From: Cyanophora paradoxa CCMP329
Lineage: Eukaryota > Plantae > Glaucophyta
DNA: 64,000 nt
Direction of reading: 5' to 3'
Assembly (NCBI GenBank): GCA_004431415.1
Contig: QPMI01000453.1
Coordinates: forward strand, 124,001 to 188,000
Both the position numbers and the translations under genes were made by a program. Under the pieces are notes generated by a model. It ran no database searches, was not told the origin of the DNA, and was given only the letters and a program-made list of their open reading frames with translations. Below are positions 1 through 11,608 of the stretch, piece by piece; positions within the stretch are counted from its first letter, which is position 1, and every line of letters starts with the position of its first letter.

Positions 1-354
1 AGCAGCAGGCGGTGCCGCCTCCGCCGCCGCCCCCCGCCCCGGGACCGGTGCGCCAAATTCAAGCCCCAGCGCCTCCCGCCGCCCCCCCGCTCGCCCGGCT
101 CGCGATCGCCGAGTCACGAACGGCGGCGGCGGCGCAGGGGTACGGAGGCGTGGCGGGCCAGCAGCAGGTCATCAACATCGACCTGCGGAACCTCGAGACC
201 AAGATGGGTACGCCGATCTCTCGAATTCGAGCTCGCCCGCCTCCTACGAGTCCAATTTGATCTCTCCGCAGAGACTATCCTGCAGGGCCTGCGCATGTGC
301 CAATCTTTCCGCAAGCACTTCATGGGTACAGAGGGAGGCGTGCTTCACGCCTAA
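1..354 (+). CDS. 3' end of a gene entering from the left (Pro-rich segment, unknown product)
   Basis: Open frame ...QQQVINIDLRNLETKM, GT-AG intron 208-271, last exon ETILQGLRMCQSFRKHFMGTEGGVLHA with TAA at 352-354. Confidence 0.6.
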   Translation, partial: SSRRCRLRRRPPPRDRCAKFKPQRLPPPPRSPGSRSPSHERRRRRRGTEAWRASSRSSTSTCGTSRPRWVRRSLEFELARLLRVQFDLSAETILQGLRMCQSFRKHFMGTEGGVLHA

Positions 355-762
355 GCTTAAGCGCTGGCCGTGGTGGCTGTTGGCGGGAGATCTTGTGTGT
401 GTTTGCCCCCGCCCCGCCCTGCGGGTTGCAGTCCTAGTTCTAGTTCGGACGCTCGAATGTTTTTCGAATTCGCTTTCTCGCAGCTGGCCTCCGGAGAGGG
501 GGGAGGGCTGGGAGAGCGGGGGCCGGGAGGGGGGAGGGGTGGCCATGGGGGGGGGGGGTTGCGGGGGGGGTGGAGGGGGGGGTTGAGGGGAACGGGGGGA
601 ACGGGGGGAGGGGAGTACGGACCTGCAGGAGCGCTAGCATTCGACACGAAATGCATCGCAGTACGTGCACTACCGCGCAGTGATATCGATTCAAGAATCT
701 GTATATGTATATTATTTGCAAAAACTATGTAATGTACTTCACGAGCCAGGCAATTGCAAGCT

Positions 763-2500
763 CTAGAAAGGCGCGGTGTCCCCCGCTGCGATTGCGGAGA
801 GTCCCTCCCGGTAGGTGGGGTACCTCAGCCGGACGCCGAGCTCCCTGGTGATGCGCCGGTTGGACGGCCGCTTGTTCTCGCCGTAGAAGCTGAGGATGGT
901 CTCGCTGAGCTGTCCGGACTCCACAGAAGATGAGGATGAAGGATCCTCCTGTGCTGCTGGCTTCATGCCCAGCAGGCTCCTCGCGTAATCGATGACGACG
1001 CCGGGCTCGCAGGGCTCGTCGTCGGACACGTTCCAGACGAAGGGCTCTCCCTCCTGCTGCTGCGCGCCCTGAACTTGGGACGGGAAGGGGCCCTCGGGTT
1101 CGGGGAAAGTCGCTTGGATAACTTGGCAGATGTCCGCGACCTGCGATTGTGTCAGAAATTGAGCCGCAGACGACTAAATATATATTACAGAATGCTAAAA
1201 TGAAATTATACTCGCATGGATCCTTGAGAAAACTTGTCCGGGACGCCGCGCGCCCAGGGCCCCTGCCGGTGTCCTCCCCGACCTGTGCACCGCAAATAAG
1301 CTTCACCCAAAGGGAATATTAATCAAGCTTAAGCCTCCACAGCTCTTTCACAAACCGGAGCTTCTCAAGGGTATTCCGCTCAGGCCCATAGATTCCTACG
1401 CGTGAATCATGATCAGAAGCATTTCGCCTTTCAACCATTATTCATGATCATGCGTACCTGCGAGTCTGAAAATGTGGAGCCGGCTGCCGATGCCGAGGTC
1501 CCTCCACGCCTGCTCCGCGCGTGCCCTCCTGGCGCAAGCTTGAGTACTCATGAGGATGAGGTACCGGTGCCCCTTCTTACATATATATCTAGATCTAGCT
1601 ACTTAAGAAGCCAGATCTAGACATATACGTATACAGAACTAGTCGTAAATTGCGCACCTCCTCGCCCTCTCACTGCTAGGATTGAGGGGCGAGTCCTCGA
1701 AAACAACCTTGCCGTCTTGTTGCCCATACACTCCAGTCTTCAAATCGACCGAGTCAGAGTCAGAATAGGTGTGCAGCTTATTTGTAATTATAATCAATTG
1801 TATAATCAATTATAGACCCCAGTCTTCAAATTAACCGAGTCAGAGTCAGCATATGCATGCAGCTTATTTATAATTATAATCTTCTGAAATCGAAATCGAA
1901 CTTCGGAAAATCGCGCACAGAGGATAGGTATCCACACCAGACCAGCCGCTCGCATCCTCGGATATCTTTCCCGTGCATGTCAACGACGACGTCTCCTTCC
2001 CCGTCAGGCGCAATTGTACTGAGGACGTGCGTGACCCCCTCGAAAGCCTGCGTCGCATTAAAATATTATTTAGCGCGTCACATCGCTTCAATGTAATCTC
2101 CAAACGCGCCTCATCTGCAAGTCTCTGGTCTGCAGAGAAGATGTGCGCATCGAAGCCGTGGGCCTCGATTATCTCGCGCTTGTCCGGGCTCCTCGTCGTG
2201 CACGTTATTTCGAAGGGCGCGCCGCTTCGCCGGAGGCTGCTCGCCAGAGCCGCAGCTGTGTATCCGAACCCAAAGATCAAAAGCTTGGGCCTGCGCTGCT
2301 CCGAGGTGGAGTGCCCGCGTCGCTCCACTGACGCAGACGACGAGATTGTGCACGTGGGAGGCCTAAGGAACACGACTCGCGCGTCGTCTAGATCTCGACA
2401 GCTTCCAACGCGCCAGTCGAGGGCGCCGGCGAAGGAAGAACGGATGCGCGGGCCTGCGCGGCGCTCCCTCCGCCGAGTTCGTAGTTCACTGCAATACGCG
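763..2500 (-). CDS. YeeZ-like atypical SDR / NAD-dependent epimerase-dehydratase, multi-exon; start uncertain (~2500-2660)
   Basis: Spliced motifs LLIFGFGYTA (Rossmann), GYLSS|TGVYG, GIYGPERN, WNVSDDEP and C-terminal SFYGENKRPSNRRITRELGVRLRYPTYREGL. Confidence 0.8.
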
Positions 2501-3169
2501 GGCGAAGGGCTGCACCTGCGCGCCGGTCATGATCAAGTCGGCGGCGCGGCGCCAAGTCGGCAGCGCGCGCGGCGCACATGAAATTCGACTGGACGTTCGT
2601 AGCGCGATCAAAGAAACGGGCTCGGCCCGCCACCTGCGCGACCGATCGATCGGCCGGCCATGGGGCGCGGCCGCGGGCCCGCGAGGCGCGCGCATTTCTG
2701 CGCCTCGAGAACGGGGCCGGGGACGCCGCCGCTTCTAGAACGGGAGCACGCCTAGCGCCTCCGCCACACCCGCTCTTAGCTGGGGATCTACATCCCTCGC
2801 TTTCTTCCTACGGGGCGCGGGCCGGGGAGGCGTGCGCTGGCCACCTGCACCGAGGAGGCGCGACTCGCCTCACGCGACGACGTCGACGACTCGATCGCGA
2901 GCTCGACGCGATGCGTGCTCGCGACGGCGGCCGCGCCGAGTGGACAGGTCGCGAAGGCCATAGCAGGGCGTGAGCAGTGGGCAGTGAGTCGTTGGAGCAG
3001 CAGTCGCTCTTTTGCGCGCCGAGGCCGCTGCTCCGATCCGATTGCGCAGTCTGCAGCTGCTCGACTGCGCCGAGTCTGCTCACTGAGGTGGGGTACGCGC
3101 GTATACGGGTTGCGAGGGCGTACACGGCGGACGCGTCTAGATCTCGAACGCAGTGGCGAGCGCTCTGGG

Positions 3170-6100
3170 ATGGCGGGCGGCTACCCGGATCGGGCGCTGG
3201 CGCTGGCGCGGCGGGCGCTGTATGCGGTCGGCCTCCTCGACGAGGCGCGCGGCGGCGGCTCGAGGACGCGCGGAGCCGCTGCTCGTGGCGACCCGGAGGA
3301 CCCCGAGGGCGTCGAACTTCTCGCGCCCGAATCCGCGGGCGGCGGCGGCGGCGAGGTCGAGCTCGAGACGGGCGAAGGCGGCGGCGGCGGAGGCGCCAAG
3401 GAATTCGAAGAGAAGGACGAGGAGAAAGAGAAGCGGGCGCGCCTGGGGGCCGCCCGCTCGCTCCGGATCCTCCTCGGCTTCGTGTGGCCGCGGGGCGAGC
3501 GCGGCGTGCGGCTCCTATCAGCGGGCCTCGTCCTCAACACGCTCCTGCACCAGACCGTCGCCATCGCCCGCCCGCTCCTGTACAAGGCGCGCAGCCGCAC
3601 GCGCACTTCGAATTCGAACTGCCCTCTGAAGCCCGCCGCTGACGCGAGCGCGCGCGCGGCGGGCGCATGCGCAGGTGCTCATGGACCAGCTCCAGCGGGG
3701 CGAGTTCCGTCCCGGCTTCGTCTTTCTTTACGGTGCCGCACCGCCTTCCCTCTGGGCCTAGGGATAGGGTCGTCCCGGCCCGGCCCAGTCTATCTGGGAC
3801 CCTCAGCTTTCTGCGATTTGATCCTGCGATTTGATCCGCCCGCCCGCGCCCTCCGCTGTTCGTGCAGGCATGTGGTTTTGGATTATACACATCACGGGGT
3901 GCGCCGCAGCCGCGCGTCGGGCGCTCCGAGGCTCCCGCTACCCCCTCCCCTTCTCTGATTCCGTACCCCAGGCAGGCGAAGTGGCTGAACTACAACAAGC
4001 TGCAGCAGGGTATCACGCGATCCATCAACGAGCGAACCGTCGCGCAGGCGCGCCGCTCCGTGTTCCGGTACCCCGGCAGATCGAATTCGAACCCGCGACT
4101 GAGTCGGCGCCGGTACCCCCCACCCGCAGCTCCAGAGTCTACCCCTGGCGTATCACATCGAGAACGCTGCGGCGAAGAGCATCTCGGCCATGGCGTGCCC
4201 CCCCCCCCGCCCCGTTCAGATCAGATCAGATCAGATCTGATCTGATTCGGCGCAGGATCGAGGGACGGCGGGGGTACTGGCGCTCCTGGACGTGGCCTCG
4301 AACGTGGTAGCCCCCGCCGCCTTTGACGTCGTATCCCTCCTCTCCATCTTCCTCGTCGGGTGCCGTACCCCTCCCCCGGGACCCTCCTCTCCCTTACTCC
4401 CCCCGAAACAGGTACCCCCCGGTGTACGCGGGGGTGCTGGTGGTGACCGCGTTTCTTTACGCGCTCTGGACGTGGGTCCTCTCCAAGGTGCGACGCACTG
4501 TACCCCCCTTCCCCCTCCCTCCTTCCCTCGCCCCCCCTCCTCTTCCCGTACCCCCCTACCCCCCAACCCTTCGTTCGCAGCGGGCGGAGAAGTTGCGCAA
4601 GGCGCTGGGCGAGAAGCAGAGCCGGCCGGGGGAGCTCCTGGGAGACGCCCTCGCCAACTGCGAGGGTCCGCCCGCCCACCGCCCTCCTTTCCTCCCTCTT
4701 AACTTAACTAAAACCGGCCTAAGCTGAGAGCTAACTCAAACTTAACCCAAATGCGCCTAACCTACCTAAGAAAGCCCAACCGCCCTCGCCAATTGCGAGG
4801 GCCCGCGCCCCTCCTTTCTCTCTTAGAGAAGGCTTAGAACTTAACCGAAGAACCTAAGCCGAAGAACCGAGGCTTAGAACTTGAAACGAAGCCCCTTCGT
4901 CCTCTCTTTTCTCTCCTCACGCTCGTGCAGCGGTGAAGCTCTTCTGCGGGGAGGCGGAGGAGCTCCGCAAGTACCGCGCCGCCCTCGCCGACTCCCAGAG
5001 GCACGCAGTATATTTATCTAGCCGCCTTAGCCTTAGGCCGCCCTCTCTACGCCCCGTCCCACATTCTCTTAGGCCGCCCTTCGTACCGACGCCCAGAGGC
5101 GAGCAGAAGAGCCCCCCGGCCCCGCCCTCGCCCCTCCCCGTAAAGGCCTTTAGGCTGGATTCTCTTAGAGGCCCGCACGAGCCCCCCCCGCCCACCCCGC
5201 CCCGCCGCGGGGCGGGGGGCCCCTCCACCCCGCGTCCCCCGCTCAGCCCTCCGCCCCGCGAGGCGGCCCGGGCCTTATTCATGATCACCTAAGCTGAGCT
5301 CGAAGCCTCGTGGTCGCTGGCCCCCGCCGCGCCCTCCGCCCCGCCCTGCCCTTGACCTCTCCCCTGCGGGGCGCTTAGACCTCCTAAGCTTAGCTCCAAG
5401 CCTCTTACAATTAGTCGCTGGCCCCCGCCGCGCCCTCCGCCCCGCCCTGCCCTTGACCTCTCCCCTGCGGGGCGCTTAGACCTCCTAAGCTTAGCTCCAA
5501 GCCTCTTACAATTAGTCGCTGGCCCCCGCCGCGCCCTCCGCCCCGCCCTGCCCTTGACCTCTCCCCTGCGGGCGCTTAGACCTCCTAAGCTTAGCTCCAA
5601 GCCTCTTACAATTAGTCGCTGGCCCCCGCCGCGCCCTCCGCCCCGCCCTGCCCTTGACCTCTCCCCTGCGGGCGCTTAGACCTCCTAAGCTTAGCTCCAA
5701 GCCTCTTACAATTAGTCGCTGGCCCCCGCCGCGCCCTCCGCCCCGCCCTGCCCTTGACCTCTCCCCTGCGGGGCGCTTAGACCTCCTAAGCTTAGCTCCA
5801 AGCCTCTTACAATTAGTCGCTGGCCCCCGCCGCGCCCTCCGCCCGCCCTGCCCTTGACCTCTCCCCTGCGGGCGCTTAGACCTCCTAAGCTTAGCTCCAA
5901 GCCTCTTACAATTAGTCGCTGGCCCCCGCCGCGCCCTCCGCCCCGCCTGCCCTTGACCTCTCCCCTGCGGGCGCTTAGACCTCCTAAGCTTAGCTCCAAG
6001 CCTCTTACAATTAGTCGCTGGCCCCCGCCGCGCCCTCCGCCCCGCCCTGCCCTTGACCTCTCCCTGCGGGGCGCTTAGACCTCCTAAGCTTAGCTCCAAG

Positions 6101-9100
6101 CCTCTTACAATTAGTCGCTGGCCCCGCCGCGCCTCCGCCCCGCCCTGCCCTTGACCTCTCCCCTGCGGGGCGCTTAGACCTCCTAAGCTTAGCTCCAAGC
6201 CTCTTACAATTAGTCGCTGGCCCCCGCCGCGCCCTCCGCCCCGCCCTGCCCTTGACCTCTCCCTGCGGGGCGCTTAGACCTCCTAAGCTTAGCTCCAAGC
6301 CTCTTACAATTAGTCGCTGGCCCCCGCCGCGCCTCCGCCCCGCCCTGCCCTTGACCTCTCCCCTGCGGGGCGCTTAGACCTCCTAAGCTTAGCTCCAAGC
6401 CTCTTACAATTAGTCGCTGGCCCCCGCCGCGCCCTCCGCCCGCCCTGCCCTTGACCTCTCCCCTGCGGGGCGCTTAGACCTCCTAAGCTTAGCTCCAAGC
6501 CTCTTACAATTAGTCGCTGGCCCCCGCCGCGCCCTCCGCCCCGCCCTGCCCTTGACCTCTCCCCTGCGGGGCGCTTAGACCTCCTAAGCTTAGCTCCAAG
6601 CCTCTTACAATTAGTCGCTGGCCCCCGCCGCGCCCTCCGCCCCGCCCTGCCCTTGACCTCTCCCCTGCGGGGCGCTTAGACCTCCTAAGCTTAGCTCCAA
6701 GCCTCTTACAATTAGTCGCTGGCCCCGCCGCGCCCTCCGCCCCGCCCTGCCCTTGACCTCTCCCCTGCGGGGCGCTTAGACCTCCTAAGCTTAGCTCCAA
6801 GCCTCTTACAATTAGTCGCTGGCCCCCGCCGCGCCCTCCGCCCCGCCCTGCCCTTGACCTCTCCCCTGCGGGGCGCTTAGACCTCCTAAGCTTAGCTCCA
6901 AGCCTCTTACAATTAGTCGCTGGCCCCCGCCGCGCCCTCCGCCCCGCCCTGCCCTTGACCTCTCCCCTGCGGGGCGCTTAGACCTCCTAAGCTTAGCTCC
7001 AAGCCTCTTACAATTAGTCGCTGGCCCCCGCCGCGCCCTCCGCCCCGCCCTGCCCTTGACCTCTCCCCTGCGGGGCGCTTAGACCTCCTAAGCTTAGCTC
7101 CAAGCCTCTTACAATTAGTCGCTGGCCCCCGCCGCGCCCTCCGCCCCGCCCTGCCCTTGACCTCTCCCCTGCGGGGCGCTTAGACCTCCTAAGCTTAGCT
7201 CCAAGCCTCTTACAATTAGTCGCTGGCCCCCGCCGCGCCCTCCGCCCCGCCCTGCCCTTGACCTCTCCCCTGCGGGGCGCTTAGACCTCCTAAGCTTAGC
7301 TCCAAGCCTCTTACAATTAGTCGCTGGCCCCCGCCGCGCCCTCCGCCCCGCCCTGCCCTTGACCTCTCCCCTGCGGGGCGCTTAGACCTCCTAAGCTTAG
7401 CTCCAAGCCTCTTACAATTAGTCGCTGGCCCCCGCCGCGCCCTCCGCCCCGCCCTGCCCTTGACCTCTCCCCTGCGGGGCGCTTAGACCTCCTAAGCTTA
7501 GCTCCAAGCCTCTTACAATTAGTCGCTGGCCCCCGCCGCGCCCTCCGCCCCGCCCTGCCCTTGACCTCTCCCTGCGGGGCGCTTAGACCTCCTAAGCTTA
7601 GCTCCAAGCCTCTTACAATTAGTCGCTGGCCCCCGCCGCGCCCTCCGCCCCGCCCTGCCCTTGACCTCTCCCCTGCGGGGCGCTTAGACCTCCTAAGCTT
7701 AGCTCCAAGCCTCTTACAATTAGTCGCTGGCCCCCGCCGCGCCCTCCGCCCCGCCCTGCCCTTGACCTCTCCCCTGCGGGGCGCTTAGACCTCCTAAGCT
7801 TAGCTCCAAGCCTCTTACAATTAGTCGCTGGCCCCCGCCGCGCCCTCCGCCCCGCCCTGCCCTTGACCTCTCCCTGCGGGGCGCTTAGACCTCCTAAGCT
7901 TAGCTCCAAGCCTCTTACAATTAGTCGCTGGCCCCCGCCGCGCCCTCCGCCCCGCCCTGCCCTTGACCTCTCCCCTGCGGGCGCTTAGACCTCCTAAGCT
8001 TAGCTCCAAGCCTCTTACAATTAGTCGCTGGCCCCGCCGCGCCCTCCGCCCCGCCCTGCCCTTGACCTCTCCCCTGCGGGCGCTTAGACCTCCTAAGCTT
8101 AGCTCCAAGCCTCTTACAATTAGTCGCTGGCCCCCGCCGCGCCCTCCGCCCCGCCCTGCCCTTGACCTCTCCCTGCGGGCGCTTAGACCTCCTAAGCTTA
8201 GCTCCAAGCCTCTTACAATTAGTCGCTGGCCCCCGCCGCGCCCTCCGCCCCGCCCTGCCCTTGACCTCTCCCCTGCGGGGCGCTTAGACCTCCTAAGCTT
8301 AGCTCCAAGCCTCTTACAATTAGTCGCTGGCCCCCGCCGCGCCCTCCGCCCCGCCCTGCCCTTGACCTCTCCCCTGCGGGGCGCTTAGACCTCCTAAGCT
8401 TAGCTCCAAGCCTCTTACAATTAGTCGCTGGCCCCCGCCGCGCCCTCCGCCCCGCCCTGCCCTTGACCTCTCCCCTGCGGGGCGCTTAGACCTCCTAAGC
8501 TTAGCTCCAAGCCTCTTACAATTAGTCGCTGGCCCCCGCCGCGCCCTCCGCCCCGCCCTGCCCTTGACCTCTCCCCTGCGGGGCGCTTAGACCTCCTAAG
8601 CTTAGCTCCAAGCCTCTTACAATTAGTCGCTGGCCCCCGCCGCGCCCTCCGCCCCGCCCTGCCCTTGACCTCTCCCCTGCGGGGCGCTTAGACCTCCTAA
8701 GCTTAGCTCCAAGCCTCTTACAATTAGTCGCTGGCCCCCGCCGCGCCCTCCGCCCCGCCCTGCCCTTGACCTCTCCCCTGCGGGGCGCTTAGACCTCCTA
8801 AGCTTAGCTCCAAGCCTCTTACAATTAGTCGCTGGCCCCCGCCGCGCCCTCCGCCCCGCCCTGCCCTTGACCTCTCCCCTGCGGGGCGCTTAGACCTCCT
8901 AAGCTTAGCTCCAAGCCTCTTACAATTAGTCGCTGGCCATGGCCCCCGCCGCGCCCTCCGCCGCGCCCTCCGCCCCGCCCTTGACCTCCCCCAGGGGCGC
9001 AGGGAGGGCTTCCGGGAGGCCCTCTTCTCCTCCCTCTGCCTCGGCTCCGGCCAGGTCCGCTCAGATCAGATCAGATCATATCAGATTATAAGGCCACACC

Positions 9101-11608
9101 GCCGCGCCGCCCTAGCTTTTAGGCTGGGTTCGAGCCAGCGCCTAGGCCTGGCTCCGCCGCGGGCTCGAGCTGAGCCGCGGGCTCCGCAAGAGCACGCCTA
9201 GCCCCCACCCCCGCGTCGCCCACGCCACGGCGTTGATGCCTAGCTCCACGCCGCCTCAGCGCCTGTCGCTAGCGCCTGGACCCAGCGCTAAGCCCCGCGC
9301 TGTTCGCGATCCCTGACCGCTGGCCCGGCGCGGGCAGGTGCTGATCATCATGCTGGGCCTCTCCCTCATGATGGTCCTCGCCGCCCGCGACACCGCCGCC
9401 GGGGCCTTCACGGTCCGCCTACGAGGCCCCCGCGGCTCTCCTGCAGCCCTCTGCTCCGTGGCTTCGTCATCCGATTCGATATGATCTGATCTGAACTCGG
9501 CGCCCCTTTGGGCAGATCGGCGACTTCGTGCTCGTGAACGTCTACGTCTGGTGCGCCGGCGCCTTCGCGTGCTCGTCAGCTTACGTTTCTTGGCTTAAGC
9601 TTCTTTGCTTAAAAGAAGCTTAAGCGTCTTAGCTTTAGCTCCTTCGCACAAGCTTTTTAGCTTAAGAGGAGCTTCTTAGCTTCTTAGCTGGGGCAGGCAG
9701 ATCTTCGGCCCGCTGGGGAGCCTGGGCTCCGCCTGGACGCGCATCGCCCAGGCCCGCGCCGACATGGCCGACCTCTGGTGCCGTACCCCCCTCCACTCTA
9801 TTCCCCCCCGCGTTTCGAACTTTTGCAGGGCGCTGCTGGAGATGGCCCCGGAGTGCGGGGCGGTCCCGGTACCCCCGCCGGACGGGAAGGCGTGTACCCC
9901 TGCGGTCCCTCCGGCCCCTGGGGCCCTGCAGGGCCCCGTCGAGTTTCGCGACGTGTGGTTCTCCTACCACAAGGTAAACGTACCCCCGCCCACTCCCCCC
10001 CCGACTTTTTTCACTTCGTTCGCAGGAGAAGCCGCCGGCGCTGGCGGGTGCCGAGGAGTCCGATTCGGAGGGGGAAAGCGGAAGAGAGGGGGAGGGGGAG
10101 GAGGGGGAAGGGGAGGAGCCCCCGGCCGCGCGCGCCGGGGCAGGAGAGGGGTACGCGAATTCAAAGAAGAAGGAGAAGGTGCCGGGCGGCGTGGGCTGGG
10201 CCCTGCGCGGCGTCTCCTTCACCGTACCCCGCGGATCCACCGTCGCCTTCGTCGGCCACACCGGTACCCCTCCCTTGCGCCCCGGAACCCTCCGTACCCC
10301 AAACAACGCCGTGCCCCGCAGGGAGCGGCAAGAGCTCCATCGTGCGGCTGCTGCTGAGGTACCCCCCGGCCCGGCGGCCTCCATGTACCCCCCGGCGAGC
10401 GTCATTCCCGCGCAGACTTTGGGAGGTCGACCGCGGTGCGGTCCTAGTGGACGGTACCCCCTTCGAAACCGCGTATTTCGCGTACCCCCGCCGAAATTTC
10501 CCCCAGGTAGGGACGTTCGGGAGCTGCCGGCGCGGGCCCTCCGCTCCTCTATCGGAGTGGTCCGCCTGCACCCGCGGCCTGCGGTCAAACGCCTGTACCC
10601 CCTAACGCACAAAGCCTGTACCCCCTCCCAGGTCTCGCAGGATGCCGTCCTGCTGAACGACACCGTCCGCGCGAACGTGGCGTACGGCGCCTGCCACCGC
10701 GCACCGCGGGTTCGAATCCCTCCCTCTCTCTTTCTTCTCTTAAGCTTTTGAATCTAATCTGAAGTTTATTTAAGGACGCGGGCCCAGAGGCGGTCCTTGG
10801 GCCGGGGGATGTGGAGGCGGCCGCCCAGCGGGCCGCCGTCCACGACGCCGTACTCCGGCTCCCGGGGGGGGTACGCCGCAAAGGTGCCCCTACCTTCTCT
10901 CCCTCGTCTGTTTCTTCTTCCTTCTTCCTGTCCCTTCTCATTCTTCGCCGTCAGGTCGGGAACCGGGGCCTTGCGCTCTCGGGCGGTGAGCGCCAGCGCG
11001 TGTGCATAGCGCGGGTCATGGTCAAGGACTCCCCCATCGTCGTGCGCTTGTACCCCCCTCCCCTTCCTTCCTTACCCCCCAACCTCCTCACTCTCTACCC
11101 CCCCGTTCTATTTTTAGGTGCTGGACGAGGCGACGGCGGCGCTGGACGTGGCGACGGAGGACGCCGTCAAGGCCGCGCTCCGGTAACCCCCACTCCGAGG
11201 CTCCCCTTTCAAACACCCCTACCTGACCCTCCCCAGGGAGGTGTCGCGGGCGCGGACGTGCCTCATCGTGGCGCACCGCCTGTCCACAGTCGTCGACGCC
11301 GACCTCATCCTCGTCCGCCCCTCCTCCTCCTCCTCCTACTCCCCCTTCATGTTTCTTTTAGCCTTCGTTCTGTTTCCTGCTGAGGCGGGGGCGGGCATGC
11401 TCAGGTGATGAGGCGGGGGCGCGTGGTGGAGCGGGGTACGCACGCGGAGCTCCTCGCGCGGCCGCGCGGGGCCTACGCCGCGCTCTGGCGGAGGCAGGCC
11501 GACGCCGCCGCCGCCGCCGGCGCCGCTACGGCCGCCGGCGCCGCTACAGTACTGGTCCGGATCCCGAACGAGGAAAAGGTTTCAAAAGTTTCCCTTCAGC
11601 TTTCCTAG
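3170..11608 (+). CDS. ABCB half-transporter, ATM1/ABCB6/HMT1-like, about 20 exons
   Basis: TMD segments (RPLLYK|VLMDQL, LQSLPLAYH, AM|DRG, IGDFVLVNVY), Walker A GHT|GSGKSS, Q-loop VSQDAVL, signature LSGGERQR, Walker B IV|VLDEAT, H-loop VAHRLS. One apparent extra G in the run at 10864-10871. Confidence 0.92.
5314..8995 (+). repeat. 101-bp tandem satellite, about 36 copies, inside the ABC intron 5001-9002
   Basis: Unit tcgctggcccccgccgcgccctccgccccgccctgcccttgacctctcccctgcggggcgcttagacctcctaagcttagctccaagcctcttacaattag. Period measured at 6816/6917/7018. Copies differ almost only by 1-nt deletions in C/G runs. No spacers. Confidence 0.97.

Noticed and set aside
5314-8995. CRISPR array, or coding ORFs (MELSLGGLSA..., MTSPLRAL...) in the 101-bp repeat
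   Set aside because: No unique spacers and no cas genes; the ORFs are translations of a satellite inside an intron.
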